Assembly: GCA_964016885.1 (NCBI GenBank)
Contig: OZ024760.1
Span: 32,798,001 to 32,862,000 of the forward strand
Source of the DNA: Eledone cirrhosa
Taxonomy: Eukaryota
Direction of reading: 5' to 3'
DNA length: 64,000 bases
Part shown: piece after piece, positions 42,884 through 56,471 of the stretch
How the letters are laid out: every line of letters begins with the position of its first letter
Position numbering within the stretch: position 1 is the first letter of the stretch
Position numbers and translations under genes: made by a program
Notes under the pieces: model-generated
Told to the model about the DNA's origin: nothing
Database searches by the model: none
What the model saw: only the letters and a program-made list of their open reading frames with translations

Positions 42884-45800
42884 TTAACCCTTTCATTACC
42901 ATATTTCTAATGAAAGACACTGTCTTGGTCATTAACCCTTTCATTACCATATTTCTAATGAAAGACACTGTCTATGTCATTAACCCTTTCATTACCATAT
43001 TCCTAATGAAAGACACTGTCTATGTCATTAACCCTTTCATTACCATATCTCTAAGGAAAGACACTGTCTATTTCTTTAACCCTTTAATAACCATATTCCT
43101 AATGAAAGATGCTGCCTATGTCATTAACCCTTTCATTACCATATTTCTAATGAAAGACACTACCTATGTCATTAACGCTTTCATTACCATATTTCTAATG
43201 AAAGACACTACCTATGTCATTAACCCTTTCATTATCATATTTCTAATAAAAGACACTGTCTATGTCATTAACCCTTTCATTTCCATATTTCTAACGAAAG
43301 ACACTGTCTATGTCATTAACCCTTTCATTTCCATATTTCTAATGACAGACACTGTCTATGTCATTAACACTTTCATTACCATATTCCTAATGAAAGACAC
43401 TGTCTATGTCATTAACCTTTTCATTACCATATTTCTAATGAAAGACACTGTCTATGTCACTAACCCTTTCATTACCATATCTTTAATGAAAGACACTGTC
43501 TATGTCATTAACCCTTTCATTACCATATTCCTAATGAAAGACACTGTCTATGTCATTAACCCTTTCATTATCATATTTCTAATGAAAGAAACTGTCTATG
43601 TCATTAACACTTTCATTACCATATTTCTAATGAAAAATACTACCTATGTCATTAACCATTTCATTACCATATTTCTAATGAAATACACTATCTATGTCAT
43701 TAACCCTTTCAGTACCATATTTCTAATGAAAGACACTGTCTATGTCATTAACCCTTCCATTACCATATTTCTAATGAAAGACACTACCTATGTCATTAAC
43801 CCTTTCATTGCCATATTCCCAATGAAAGACACTGTCTATGTCATTAACCCTTTCATTACCATATTTCTAATGAAAGACACTGTCAATGTCATTAACCCTT
43901 TCATTACCATATCTTTAATGAAAGACACTGTCTATGTCATTAACCCTTTCATTACCATATTTCTAATGAATGACACTACCTATGTCTTTAACCCTTCCAT
44001 TACCATATTTCTAATGAAAGACACTGTCTATGTCATTAACCCTTTCATTACCATATTCCTAATGAAAGACACTGTCTATGTCATTAACCCTTTAATAACC
44101 ATATTCCTAATGAAAGACGCTGCCTATGTCATTAGCCCTTTCAGTACAATATTTCTAATGAAAGACACTACCTATGTCATTAACCCTTTCATTACCATAT
44201 TTCTAATGAAAGACACTGTCTATGTCAATAACCCTTCCATTACCATATTTCTAATGAAAGACACTGTCTATGTCATTAACCCTTCCATTACCATATTTCT
44301 AATGAAAGACACTGACTATGTCATTAATCCTTTCATTACCATATTTCTAGTGAAAGACACTGTCTATGTCATTAACCCTTTTATTACCATATTTCTAATG
44401 AAAGACACTGTCTATGTCATTAACCCTTCCATTACCATATTTCTAATGAAGGACACTGTCTATGTCATTAACCCTTTCATTACCATAATTCTAATGAAAG
44501 ACACTGCCTATGTCATTAACCTTTCCATTACCATATTTCTAATGAAAGACACTATCTATGTCATTAACCCTTTCATTACCATATTTCTAATGAAAGACAC
44601 TGTCTATGTCATTAACCCTTCCATTAACATATTTCTAATGAAAGACACTGTCTATGTCATTAACCCTTCCATTACCATATTTCTAATGAAAGACACTGTC
44701 TATGTCATTAACCCTTTCATTACCATATTTCTAATGAAAGACACTGTCTATGTCATTAACCCTTCCATTACCATATTTCTAATGAAAGACACTATCTATG
44801 TCATTAACCCTTTCATTACCATATTTCTAATGAAAGACACTGTCTATGTCATTAACCCTTCCATTACCATATTTCTGATGAAAGACACTATCTATGTCAT
44901 TAACCCTTTCATTACCATATTTCTAATGAAAGACACTGTCTATGTCATTAACCCTTCCATTACCATATTTCTAATGAAAGACACTATCTATGTCATTAAC
45001 CCTTTCATTACCATATTTCTAATGAAAGACACTGTCTATGTGATTAACCCTTTCATTACCATATTTCTAATGAAAGACACTGTCTATGTCATTAACCCTT
45101 CCATTACCATATTTCTAATGAAAGACACTATCTATGTCATTAACCCTTTCATTACCATATTTCTAATGAAAGACACTGTCTATGTCATTAACCCTTCCAT
45201 TACCATATTTCTGATGAAAGACACTATCTATGTCATTAATCCTTTCATTACCATATTTCTAATGAAAGACACTGTCTATCTCATTAACCCTTTCATTACC
45301 ATATTTCTAATGAAAGACACTGTCTATGTCATTAACCCTTCCATTACCATATTTCTAATGAAAGACACTATCTATGTCATTAACCCTTTCATTACCATAT
45401 TTCTAATGAAAGAAACTGTCTATGTGATTAACACTTTCATTACCATATTTCTAATGAAAAATACTACCTATGTCATTAACCATTTCATTACCATATTTCT
45501 AATGAAATACACTATCTATGTCATTAACCCTTTCAGTACCATATTTCTAATGAAAGACACTGTCTATGTCATTAACCCTTTCATTACCATATTTCTAATG
45601 AAAGACACTATCTATGTCATTAACCCTTTCATTACCATATTTCTAATGAAAGACACTGTCTATGTCATTAACCCTTCCATTACCATATTTCTTATGAAAC
45701 ACACTATCATCATCATCATCATCAGGTTTAGCGTCCGTGTTCCACGTTTGCATGGGTTTGGACGGGGGTTTTCCCACTTGAGGCAAGAGTGGTTGTCTTG

Positions 45801-46581
45801 CTCGCATAGGACTGTCTGGCGGGTTTTCTACAGTTGGATGCCCTTCCTAACACCAACCACATTTACAGTGTGGGGCTGGGAGGTTTTTACCGTGTTGCCT
45901 ACACGGCCACATTACAGCGTGGACTGTCTGGCGGGTTTTCTACAGCTGGATGCCCTTCCTAACACCAACCACATTTACAGTGTGGGGCTGGGAGGTTTTT
46001 ACCGTGTTGCCTACACGGCCACATTTACAGCGTGGACTGTGTGTTTTTTGTCGTGACACCTACACGATCTCATTTGTTTCGGCCTTAACCCTTTCCTTAC
46101 CATATTTCTAATGAAAGACACTGTCTATGTCATTAACCCTTTCATTACCATATTTCTAATGAAAGACACTGTCTATGTCATTAACCCTTCCATTACCATA
46201 TTTCTAATGAAACACACTGTCTATGTCATTAACCCTTTCATTACCATATTTCTAATGAAAGACACTGTCTATGTCATTAACCCTTCCATTACCATATTTC
46301 TAATGAAACACAGTGTCTATGTCATTAACCCTTTCATTACCATATTTCTAATGAAACACACTGTCTATGTCATTAACACTTTCAGTACCATATTTCTAAT
46401 GAAAGACACTGCCTATGTCATTAACACTTTCATTACCATATTTCTAATGAAAGACACTGCCTATGTCATTAACCCTTTCATTACCATATTTCTAATGAAA
46501 CACACTGCCTATGTCATTAACACTTTCATTACCATATTTCTAATGAAAGACACTGACTATGTCATTAACCCTTTCATTACC
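42884..46581. repeat. Second 48-bp tandem array (about 69 units), unrelated to the first
   Basis: Unit TTAACCCTTTCATTACCATATTTCTAATGAAAGACACTGTCTATGTCA, interrupted at about 45706-46084. Confidence 0.98.
45706..46084 (-). mobile_element. RTE 3' UTR fragment with an internal 112-bp tandem duplication
   Basis: Near-identical to 59553-59820. (ATC)n tail at the left. GGACTGT recurs at 45809, 45921 and 46034. Confidence 0.93.
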
Positions 46582-46724
46582 AGAAAGTGTTTCAAACACT
46601 CCTGGTTCTACAATACAAAACTGTTTCTTTTAAAATGTTATTTATTTAAAAACCTTCCATCATAATTTTATGCAAGAACCCTTGTTAAGTTTTGTTCCAA
46701 ACACCCATGGTTCTACAATACAAA

Positions 46725-46860
46725 ACACAACAGTAACAACAACAACAGCAACAGCAGCAGAAGATACATAAACAACAACAACAGCAGCAGTGGGTACAAC
46801 AACAACAACAACAACAGCAGCAGCCGAAGGTACAACGACAACAACAACAACAGCAACAAG
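46725..46860. repeat. (CAA)n/(CAG)n microsatellite
   Basis: Direct inspection. Confidence 0.9.
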
Positions 46861-47309
46861 ATAAAGAATGCAATCTAAAGATTTCTATTCAAACGAAAGG
46901 AATTTCTACAATCTTCCCTCCTCCTGTAATGGAATGGTGAATCATCTTTTTTATTGTTATTCCTCTATTTGGATCTTCATACCTGGCCACCAAATATATA
47001 TATTACCTTAATTACCACACAGGTATGTTGTGTGTTCTATATATACCTGGCCACCACATATATTAATTTACAGGTGTGTTCTCTATACACCAGGCCATCA
47101 CACCTTACAGGCGTGTTGCCTACCTGGCCATTACATATATTAACAAGCCTGCCTTTCCCACTATACAGTTCTCCACACCAAATCCTGTCACTGATCCTCA
47201 AGCCATCCATTTCAACCTCTTCCCTGCTTTTCATATTTCCCCAATGCTGCCACATGGCAGTAAATAATATTTACTGATATATTTATTAGTGATAGGAAAT
47301 TATCACATA

Positions 47310-47728
47310 TCTAATTCATATTATCACATATTTGATATATATTATCACATATCACATATTTAATATATATTATCATATATCACATATTTAATATATATTA
47401 TCCCATATCACATATTTAATATATATTATCCCATATCACATATTTAATATATATTATCACATATCACATATTTGATATATATTATCACATATCACATATT
47501 TGATATATATTATCACATATCACATATTTAATATATATTATCACATATCACATATTTAATATATATTATCACATATCACATATTTAATATATATTATCAC
47601 ATATCACATATTTAATATATATTATCACATATCACATATTTAATATATATTATCACATATCACATATTTAATATATATTATCACATATCACATATTTAAT
47701 ATATATTATCACATATCACATATTTAAT
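47310..47728. repeat. 28-bp AT-rich minisatellite (about 14 units)
   Basis: Unit ACATATCACATATTTAATATATATTATC. Confidence 0.95.
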
Positions 47729-47749
47729 TTAATCAACATTTAGTTATAC

Positions 47750-48250
47750 ACCTCTCTGATGTCTGTGCTCTAGATGGGTGCCAGATTTACCTTAATTATA
47801 AAGCTATTCTTGCCCCTCTCTGAGGTCTGTGCCCTAAGTGGCTGTCAAGTTGACCTTAATTATAGCACCTGTCCAGAACCTCTCTGAGGTCTGTGCCCTA
47901 GGTGGCTGCCAAATTTACCTTAATTATAGCACCTGTCCAGAAACTCCCTGAGGTCTGTGTCCCAGGGGGCTGTCAAGTTGACCTTAATTATAGCAGCTGT
48001 CCAGAAACTCCCTGAGGTCTGTGTCCTAGGGGGCTGTCAAGTTGACCTTAATTATAGCACCTGTCCAGAACCTCTCTGAGGTCTGTGCCCTAGGTGGCTG
48101 CCAAATTTACCTTAATTATAGCACCTGTCCAGAAACTCCCTGAGGTCTGTGTCCTAGGGGGCTGTCAAGTTGACCTTAATTATAAAGCCAGTCCTGCCCC
48201 TCTCTGAGATCTTTGCCCTAGCTGGCTGTCAGGTTGACCTTAATTATAGC
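47750..48250. repeat. 64-bp minisatellite (8 units)
   Basis: CTGA(G/T) anchor at 47756, 47820, 47884, 47948, 48012, 48076, 48140 and 48204, with shared ACCTTAATTATA. Confidence 0.95.
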
Positions 48251-48626
48251 AACAATCCTGAGTATAGCTTAAACAAGGAATCAAACCTACACCGCTCCTC
48301 CTTGGAATGTCAGTAACTTCTCACCTTTCTCTACAGAACTGGTGGAATTAAACCTACACCGCTCCCCATTGGAATAAGTGCTGGATTTAGGACAAATGAG
48401 GTCCTGTGCTAGTTAAGTTATGAAGTCCCTTACTTGGGCCCTGGAGGAGGTAATTCATCTTAAAAAACTTGTTAGCAGGAAGATGACACCCCCACCCACC
48501 TTGGCCAACGGGACCCTGTAAACACACCTACGCACAATGGTAAACCCAGCACTGCTTGGAATGTCAGTAACTTCTCATCTTTCTCTACAGAAATGGTGGA
48601 ATCTTCAGAACTTTTACAAATACAAA

Positions 48627-49088
48627 ATATATTTTACTATTTCAATAATACATATTTTCTTCATAGTTATGTCTGTATGTACGTGTATGTAAGGTGTTTG
48701 CCTGTGTGTTTACATGCATACATGTATGTGTGTATACATGTGTACATAAGGTGTCCACACTCATGTTTACATGTATATATGTCCACGTGTTTACCTACAT
48801 GTGGCATAACTGTGTATGGATATATATGTGTGAGAGCTTGTATAGGTCTGTATATATATATATATATACAGACCTATACAAGCTCTCACACATATATATC
48901 CATACACAGTTATGCCACATGTAGGTAAACACGTGGACATATATACATGTAAACATGAGTGTGGACACCTTATGTACACATGTATACACACATACATGTA
49001 TGCATGTAAACACACAGGCAAACACCTTACATACACGTACATACAGACATAAGTATGAAGAAAATATGTATTATTGAAATAGCAAAAC

Positions 49089-49092
<4 letters not shown>
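48627..49092. repeat. Spacerless palindrome with arms of about 230 bp
   Basis: ORFs 48694..48924(+) and 48795..49025(-) are identical. The centre is in (TA)9 at 48859/48860. About 3 mismatches, all in the outer 40 bp. Confidence 0.97.
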
Positions 49093-49150
<58 letters not shown>

Positions 49151-49388
49151 TGAAAAGTTGATATCGGAATGTTTGGTAAATCAAAGATAAGTCTGTGGAA
49201 TTGGTCAGGCCTAATTAGATTTTCCACTTACCTCTCATCTGAAAACCATTAACTAACTCTGCTATGTTACTACATCTTTCTTTAGACATTTTTGGAAGTT
49301 TTTGTGATTTCCTCCCATAGCATTCTTTCTTCACTCACTAACCTCTTCATACACACACACACACATATGTATATATATATATACACAT

Positions 49389-49455
<67 letters not shown>

Positions 49456-49480
49456 TATATACATATACATATACATATAC

Positions 49481-49540
<60 letters not shown>

Positions 49541-49910
49541 AAAAAAACTAAACCACCTGAAGAGAATGCTGTAATGAGTTGAATCATCAAGAAGAAGAAG
49601 AAGAAGAAGAAATGGAAGAGTGGGGGAGGGGGAGGGGGTTAAGGAATAATTTTTTTTGTTTGTGTTTTTGTTATTGCATTTTTTTCCACTTTTGGAACAA
49701 GTCCAGGTGTTTGTGAAGCAGACACAGGTGAATCTCAGTTAATCTACCACACTACTTGACTAGTACTTACTTTATCTACCTCCCCATCACCACCACCACC
49801 ACATCCATACATTCCCCTACACCCTCTCCCCACCTCCTCCTCGGAGAAGGAGAATGTGTCGACCCAGGCCTTGTATTTCAACACAGAAGAATGTAACTAA
49901 CTGACATGAA

Positions 49911-49949
<39 letters not shown>

Positions 49950-49992
49950 AAGTTAAATAAAAAGTCAAATGTTTAAAATTTAGCTTCGTTTA

Positions 49993-50043
49993 TGCTATAT
50001 ATATTTCAGTGACAGCCATCTTTGGCTGTGACCTCTTCAGGCA
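49993..50043 (-). ncRNA. Minimal type I hammerhead ribozyme motif
   Basis: Minus strand reads TGC-CTGAAGA-GGTCACAGCCA aaga TGGCTGTCACT-GAAA-T atat A-TA-GCA: intact core, 11-bp stem II (1 mismatch), 3-bp stem I, palindromic stem III. Confidence 0.8.
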
Positions 50044-50327
50044 GTCCGAATTAGTGTGGTATAGACAAGTACATATGTTGTTGAGGTGTATAATATTGTC
50101 AATACTCTGATATGCCCAGTTCCTGGTTGGGTTGTTATTTCACTGAGGAACTGGAATCATATGAATTCAAACAAACGAATTTCAGTGTCAAAGGGCTTCT
50201 TCTCCTCTCATTGGTCAGTTGTTAGAACATTCCTCATTCTAAGTGTTGTTATTGTTGGAGTTAGCTTAAAAAATTGATAAAGTGGTAGAAGGGACAAGGT
50301 GTTAAAGGAACCAACATATACTCAAAA

Positions 50328-50392
<65 letters not shown>

Positions 50393-50398
<6 letters not shown>

Positions 50399-53300
50399 CA
50401 AGAAAAAAGAGTGACATGATTCGCTATACAATAAGGGCTTTATTCACCTTACTGACAATTGTTTCTTCGATCTGGTAGGTCTAGAGTTCGCTACCCGCCT
50501 AATTTTGCGTCAATCGATCTCCAATACTTTGTTTATAACCAGTCGTTTTCATCGGAGCACGCGAAAGTGAAGAATATACACAAGGCATGGCTTTTATATA
50601 GGAGTGGTATTAAACCAGGACAATAATATCAATAATAAAATAAAATAACTAGATAGTGAATAGTTAAAATAATAACATCAATATAAGTAAGAAATAGAGC
50701 ATAATGATGAATCTAGCATGTTAAACGAACTGATATTATACAGATGTATGAAATTGACATGTGAAAAACTGCTATAGGGTACGTTAGATATAGTGTTAAG
50801 GTGGCGGAGATAGAACAGTGACACTAATGAAGCAATTGAATGGTTCAATAGAATAAGAAATAGAGAAGCATGCAACTTCATACAATTTGACATAAATGAT
50901 TACTACGCATCCATATCCCCAGTCACTCTAGATAAAGCGCTAATATTTGCCCAAAATAACTCGGACCTTACCCCAGATGAAATTAAAATAATACTAGCTG
51001 CTAGAAGGACTATCATAAAATTTGAAAATAGCTATTGGGAAAGAAAAACTAGGATGAATAGTTTTGATATCACAATGGGATCCAACGATTCAGCGCAAAT
51101 AACTGATGTTGTGGGGGATATTTATAGCACACAACCTACATAAAGAATTTAATAACCTCCAAGGAGGGATTTATAGAGATGACACGCTCTTTATAGCTAG
51201 AAACTTAAACAACCAGAGTATGGAAAGATTACGAAAAAACATTAGAACATTCTTAAAAAAACTAGGCCTACGAACTGAATTCTAAAAAGGCAAACTTTCT
51301 AGACGTAACTCTAAACCAAAGCACGGGATTAATAGAACCCTTTCACAAAAATAATGAGAATCTTTTAGAAATTTTTAAGGAACATGCCAATTATTACAAC
51401 GCAGCATTACGCAAGGCAGGGCAAAGGAAGAACTGCAGTTTATAACAGATAAGGACAACACAAACAAACCCATTAACACCGACACCAACCGCTCATACAA
51501 AAATAAAGGTAACCGGACTAGACATAGAACTAGACAAATAGCACCTAGAGTAGGGGGACCGAACACGAATAATGTAAACCCTAGAAACTATAGAAGAACT
51601 AGAGAAAGAAAATACCTATGGTTTAATCCAATCTTCAACTCCTCTATAAGAACTAGACTGTCTTCTACGTCTTTTAAACTAATAGATAAGCACTTCCCTA
51701 TATCGCATAGATATAATAAAATCTTCAATAGAAAAATTATAAAACTCTCATACTCTACTGCTGCCAATATTGAATCGCACATATGCAAGATCAACCATAA
51801 GAATACCTCTAGAAAAGCTACCCCACCTATATGCAATATAGCACCAAACACTAAACACAAACGCATTACCTTATCACAACCACAAACGCACATGAACGCA
51901 CCACAGCAAAACTTTAATAGGCATGAATCCCACATATAACAGTTTGCAAAACCACAATGTGAAAGCTGCACAGAGTAATACCTCGAACTGCAATTGCCAC
52001 CTACCGGACAAATGCCCATTAGCGAATAGGTGCCTTGATTCGAGCCTAGAGTACATGTGCACTGTAAACTCGGGCAACTCCACTTGGCACTACATTGGAT
52101 CCACCGTGGGTGCTTTTAAAAAAAGATGGTATGTGCACAGACATTCAATGAAAAACCGTGCACTGGTAAATTCTACAACCCTCGCCAATAAAATCTGGAT
52201 AAAATGTTACTCAACAGCAAAATAGAAAGGTCAATTTTCTGCAGACATAGGATTGCTACTAAATTCGCGAGATTTAAACCACCGTAATTCGAACCAACAT
52301 CACTTAGCATTTAACATTTGACATCCGCATTCTCATATAGCCCACTACAGAACATAATATTCTATAAACTCCTTCTAGCCTCCCTAATTCTATACCACTG
52401 GGTAGTCTACAACTATCTTATCAGCCCATAAATCAATCCCATCTTTGCTGTTGTTCACTCCTTAGGACCAAACAATTATATCTCACATTAGCACTCATGA
52501 TCTCTAACAGATGAACTTAATTCTAAGTACATTATCTTATTACTCCTACACTCCTTGAAATCTCACTTTCCTCTTATTATTATTATGAACATCTCAATGT
52601 ATCCCTAATATTATTCATCATGTTCTCTATAACTACCATGCATATTTTACTATTTTATTACCTGTATTGTCTCTATTATTGTTGTTATTATTGTTTTATT
52701 TATACACGATTGGTTATTGATGTTGTGAAAACTAAACCCCATGATTCGAACTAACAATCCCTACTTTTAGTATAGGCCACTTAAATAACGAATCTACAAC
52801 TCCACTTAACACCACATAAAAACTATCATTATCACTAAATTAATACTACGAAAATCTATATCTGTCAGACAATAAGGAAATCCCCGGTTTATTGCCAGCA
52901 CACCTACAGCAAAGCACACACCTCATAAATCTTGACCCCAAGTACATTTTAGTTGTCACTGTTCTATCTCCGCCACCTTAACACTATATCTAACGTACCC
53001 TATAGCAGTTTTTCACATGTCAATTTCATACATCTGTATAATATCAGTTCGTTTAACATGCTAGATTCATCATTATACTCTATTTCTTACTTATATTGAT
53101 GTTATTATTTTAACTATTCACTATCTAGTTATTTTATTTTATTATTGTTCTGGTTTAATACCACTCCTATATAAAAGCCATGCCTTGTGTATATTCTTCA
53201 CTTTCACGGACTCCGATGAAAACAACTGGTTATAAACAAAGTATTGGAGATCGATTGACGCAAAATCAGGCGGGTAGCGAACTCTAGACCTACCAGATCG

Positions 53301-53539
53301 AAGAAACAATTGTCAGCAATGTGAATAAAGCCCTTATAGAGAACCATGTCACTCTTCTTTCTTGAATTATTATTACTCCAAGTATAAACTACATATATAT
53401 CACCGCGAACTCGCAGCATCACTATGGATACGTCTTGTTGAGTCAAACTAAGCCACACGTTAATACTATCCACCACACGGAGTACTCTAACTGGACTACA
53501 CTACATCTAAGTGGACTGCCTATAACGATAACCTGTTAT

Positions 53540-53541
<2 letters not shown>
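50393..53541 (+). mobile_element. Decayed Penelope-like retroelement with an inverted 5' pseudo-LTR
   Basis: RT and GIY-YIG remnants between inverted repeats of about 420 bp (50393-50823 and 52954-53370), flanked by (TA)n on both sides. Confidence 0.92.
50823..52225 (+). pseudogene. Frameshifted PLE reverse transcriptase plus GIY-YIG endonuclease
   Basis: Manual translation gives FIQFDINDYYASI, FDITMGSNDSAQITDVVG, GIYRDD (YRDD at 51172-51183), NFLDVTL, WFNPIF and LIDKHFP. ORF 51923..52225 has CNC-x5-CPL-x3-C, YIGST and FKKRW..H. Frameshift in the G-run near 51113. Confidence 0.92.
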
Positions 53542-53630
<89 letters not shown>

Positions 53631-53689
53631 CTGGAGTAAATATTCAATGATATTAAATAAATGGAAACACTATTTATAAAACCAAATTT

Positions 53690-53749
53690 ATTCTATTATA
53701 CATATTTCAAGGGTACCAAAAACTTTGGTACGCTTTCATCAGATAAAAT
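53690..53749 (-). ncRNA. Minimal type I hammerhead ribozyme motif
   Basis: Minus strand reads ATTTTAT-CTGATGA-AAGCGTACCAAA gtt TTTGGTACCCTT-GAAA-T atgt A-TA-ATAGAAT: intact core, 12-bp stem II (1 mismatch), 7-bp stem I. Confidence 0.85.
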
Positions 53750-53960
53750 ACAAAGTGTGTTTTATAAATTTTGACATAGCCAAGGGAACATACCTTATCA
53801 GTTGAATTTTCCTTGAATAGTGAATTTAAAGAACGGATTTTTCAAAATTGTTAGGATGTGTATGCAAATGAATATGTAAATGAGGTTGAGTTATATGATT
53901 GAAAATGTACTGTGCTGTTTGTTTTGTTATTTCTGTTTACCTTTTAAATATATATATATA

Positions 53961-54018
53961 GTCCTACCCATGTTAGCATGGAAAATGGACATTAAACGAT
54001 GACGGTGATGATGATGAT
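53961..54018 (+). mobile_element. Very short RTE-type 3' tail
   Basis: CCCATGTTAGCATGGAAAATGGACATTAAACGATGA...GATGAT. Confidence 0.7.
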
Positions 54019-54496
54019 ATATATATATATATATATATATATGTTCTTCCTTTTCTCCATTCTTCCTGTCACTTCTGCGGGCCAATATACTTCTAGCTGC
54101 TGATTTCTATCCTTTGAGGTAAGTTTTACCTGACACTGTCATTGATGGCATTTTGCTGTTTTAACAGAAACCTTGTATTGAGTTCTTCCTATTACTCTAC
54201 GAATTCTAATACACTCGTCTTTCAAACTCAATATTGGAGATGACTTTGTCACTTCAGCTTTATTATTATTAGTTATTGGCTATTTTGTCAAAGATCTTTC
54301 ATCACACATTGTGTGACATCCTCAGTGACTATTTCTTCTTCTTCTCCGTGTCTCCTCATCTTTCTGGCCTTATTCTGTTTACTTCATCGATTCCCACGCA
54401 TGTTAATGACCATTATTTCCGTTATGGGGGTTCATTGACCCCATATAAGACTATTTTCTGTAGTCAATATATGGTGCAAACTTCTAATTCTATATA

Positions 54497-54835
54497 TCAT
54501 CATCATCATCATCATTTCATTTTACGTCCACTTTTCCCTGCTTGCAAGGGTGGGACGGGAACTGATTCTGGCTTGATTTATACAGCTGGATGCCCTTCCT
54601 AACACCAACCTCATTTACAGTGAGTGCTGGGTGCTTTTTTGCCGTGGCACCTCCACGACCACTTTGCAGTGGAATGATATGGACCCCAGTCCCTATCATC
54701 TCATTTCTACAGCTGAGTAAACTGGAGCAATGTGAAATAAAGTGTCTTGCTCAAGGAAACAACACATCACCCGGTCTGAGAAATGAACTCTCAACCTTTC
54801 GATTGCAAGCTCTAACCACTAAGCCATGTGCCTCC
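54497..54835 (-). mobile_element. tRNA-derived SINE with a CORE-like body and RTE-derived tail
   Basis: Minus strand starts GGAGGCACATGGCTTAGTGGTTAGAGC (Pol III A box), then CCTTGAGCAAGACACTT, then a 3' region matching 40880-41143 and a (GAT)n tail. Confidence 0.8.
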
Positions 54836-54839
54836 ATAA

Positions 54840-55680
<841 letters not shown>

Positions 55681-56039
55681 TGATAATAAAAATAATAACA
55701 ATAATAACAAATAAATTTACATCACTGCATTCTTCAGTTGAACCAAAAAGCAATCTATTATCCGCAAAGGGAGTGGGCATTATAGTGATAGCGTGGGAGT
55801 GGTGGAAGATGGAGTATGTGAAGTGGTGGGATTAATGGCGAGGGGGAGTAGGTGGAATATGTGAAGTGGGTGGTAGGATTAGTGGCGGGGGGGGGGGAGT
55901 AGGGAACGTTTGCTTCTGTTTTCAGGATTGTTTATCTTCAAGGCAGCCATCTTCCAACGTCCAGTTCGTTTAACTTAAGAATCTTTGAATTAAGAAAACG
56001 GAAGAAGTAAAATCTGGGGGAACTAAAGAGAAATAAAGT

Positions 56040-56076
56040 GTTTATATATATATATATACTTTATATACATATATAT

Positions 56077-56113
<37 letters not shown>

Positions 56114-56390
56114 TTTATATACATACATATATATACTTTATATATATATATATATACTTTATATACATACATATATATACTTTATATATATATATATACT
56201 TTATATACATACATATATATACTTTATATATATATATATCTACTTTATATACATACATATATATACTTTATATATATATATCTACTTTATATACATACAT
56301 ATATATACTTTATATATATATATCTACTTTATATACATACATATATATACTTTATATATATATATCTACTTTATATACATACATATATAT

Positions 56391-56466
<76 letters not shown>
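56040..56466. repeat. TA-derived minisatellite (TACTTTATATACATACATATA-type units) ending in pure (TA)n
   Basis: Direct inspection. Confidence 0.9.

Positions 56467-56471
<5 letters not shown>

Noticed and set aside
42910-46056. 1048-aa hydrophobic repeat ORF (MKDTVYVINPFITIFL)n
   Set aside because: Few single substitutions in this unit create stops, many variants change the amino acid, and the ORF ends in an antisense RTE fragment. Transcript or peptide evidence would be needed.
42884-46581. TTAACCC resemblance to telomeric repeats
   Set aside because: It occurs once per 48-bp unit rather than as tandem hexamers, and is better explained as a TTAA-CCC transposon end.
48317-48600. Splice-acceptor-like TTTCTCTACAG sites suggesting host exons
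   Set aside because: Both lie within a local direct repeat and no convincing exon or recognisable peptide follows.
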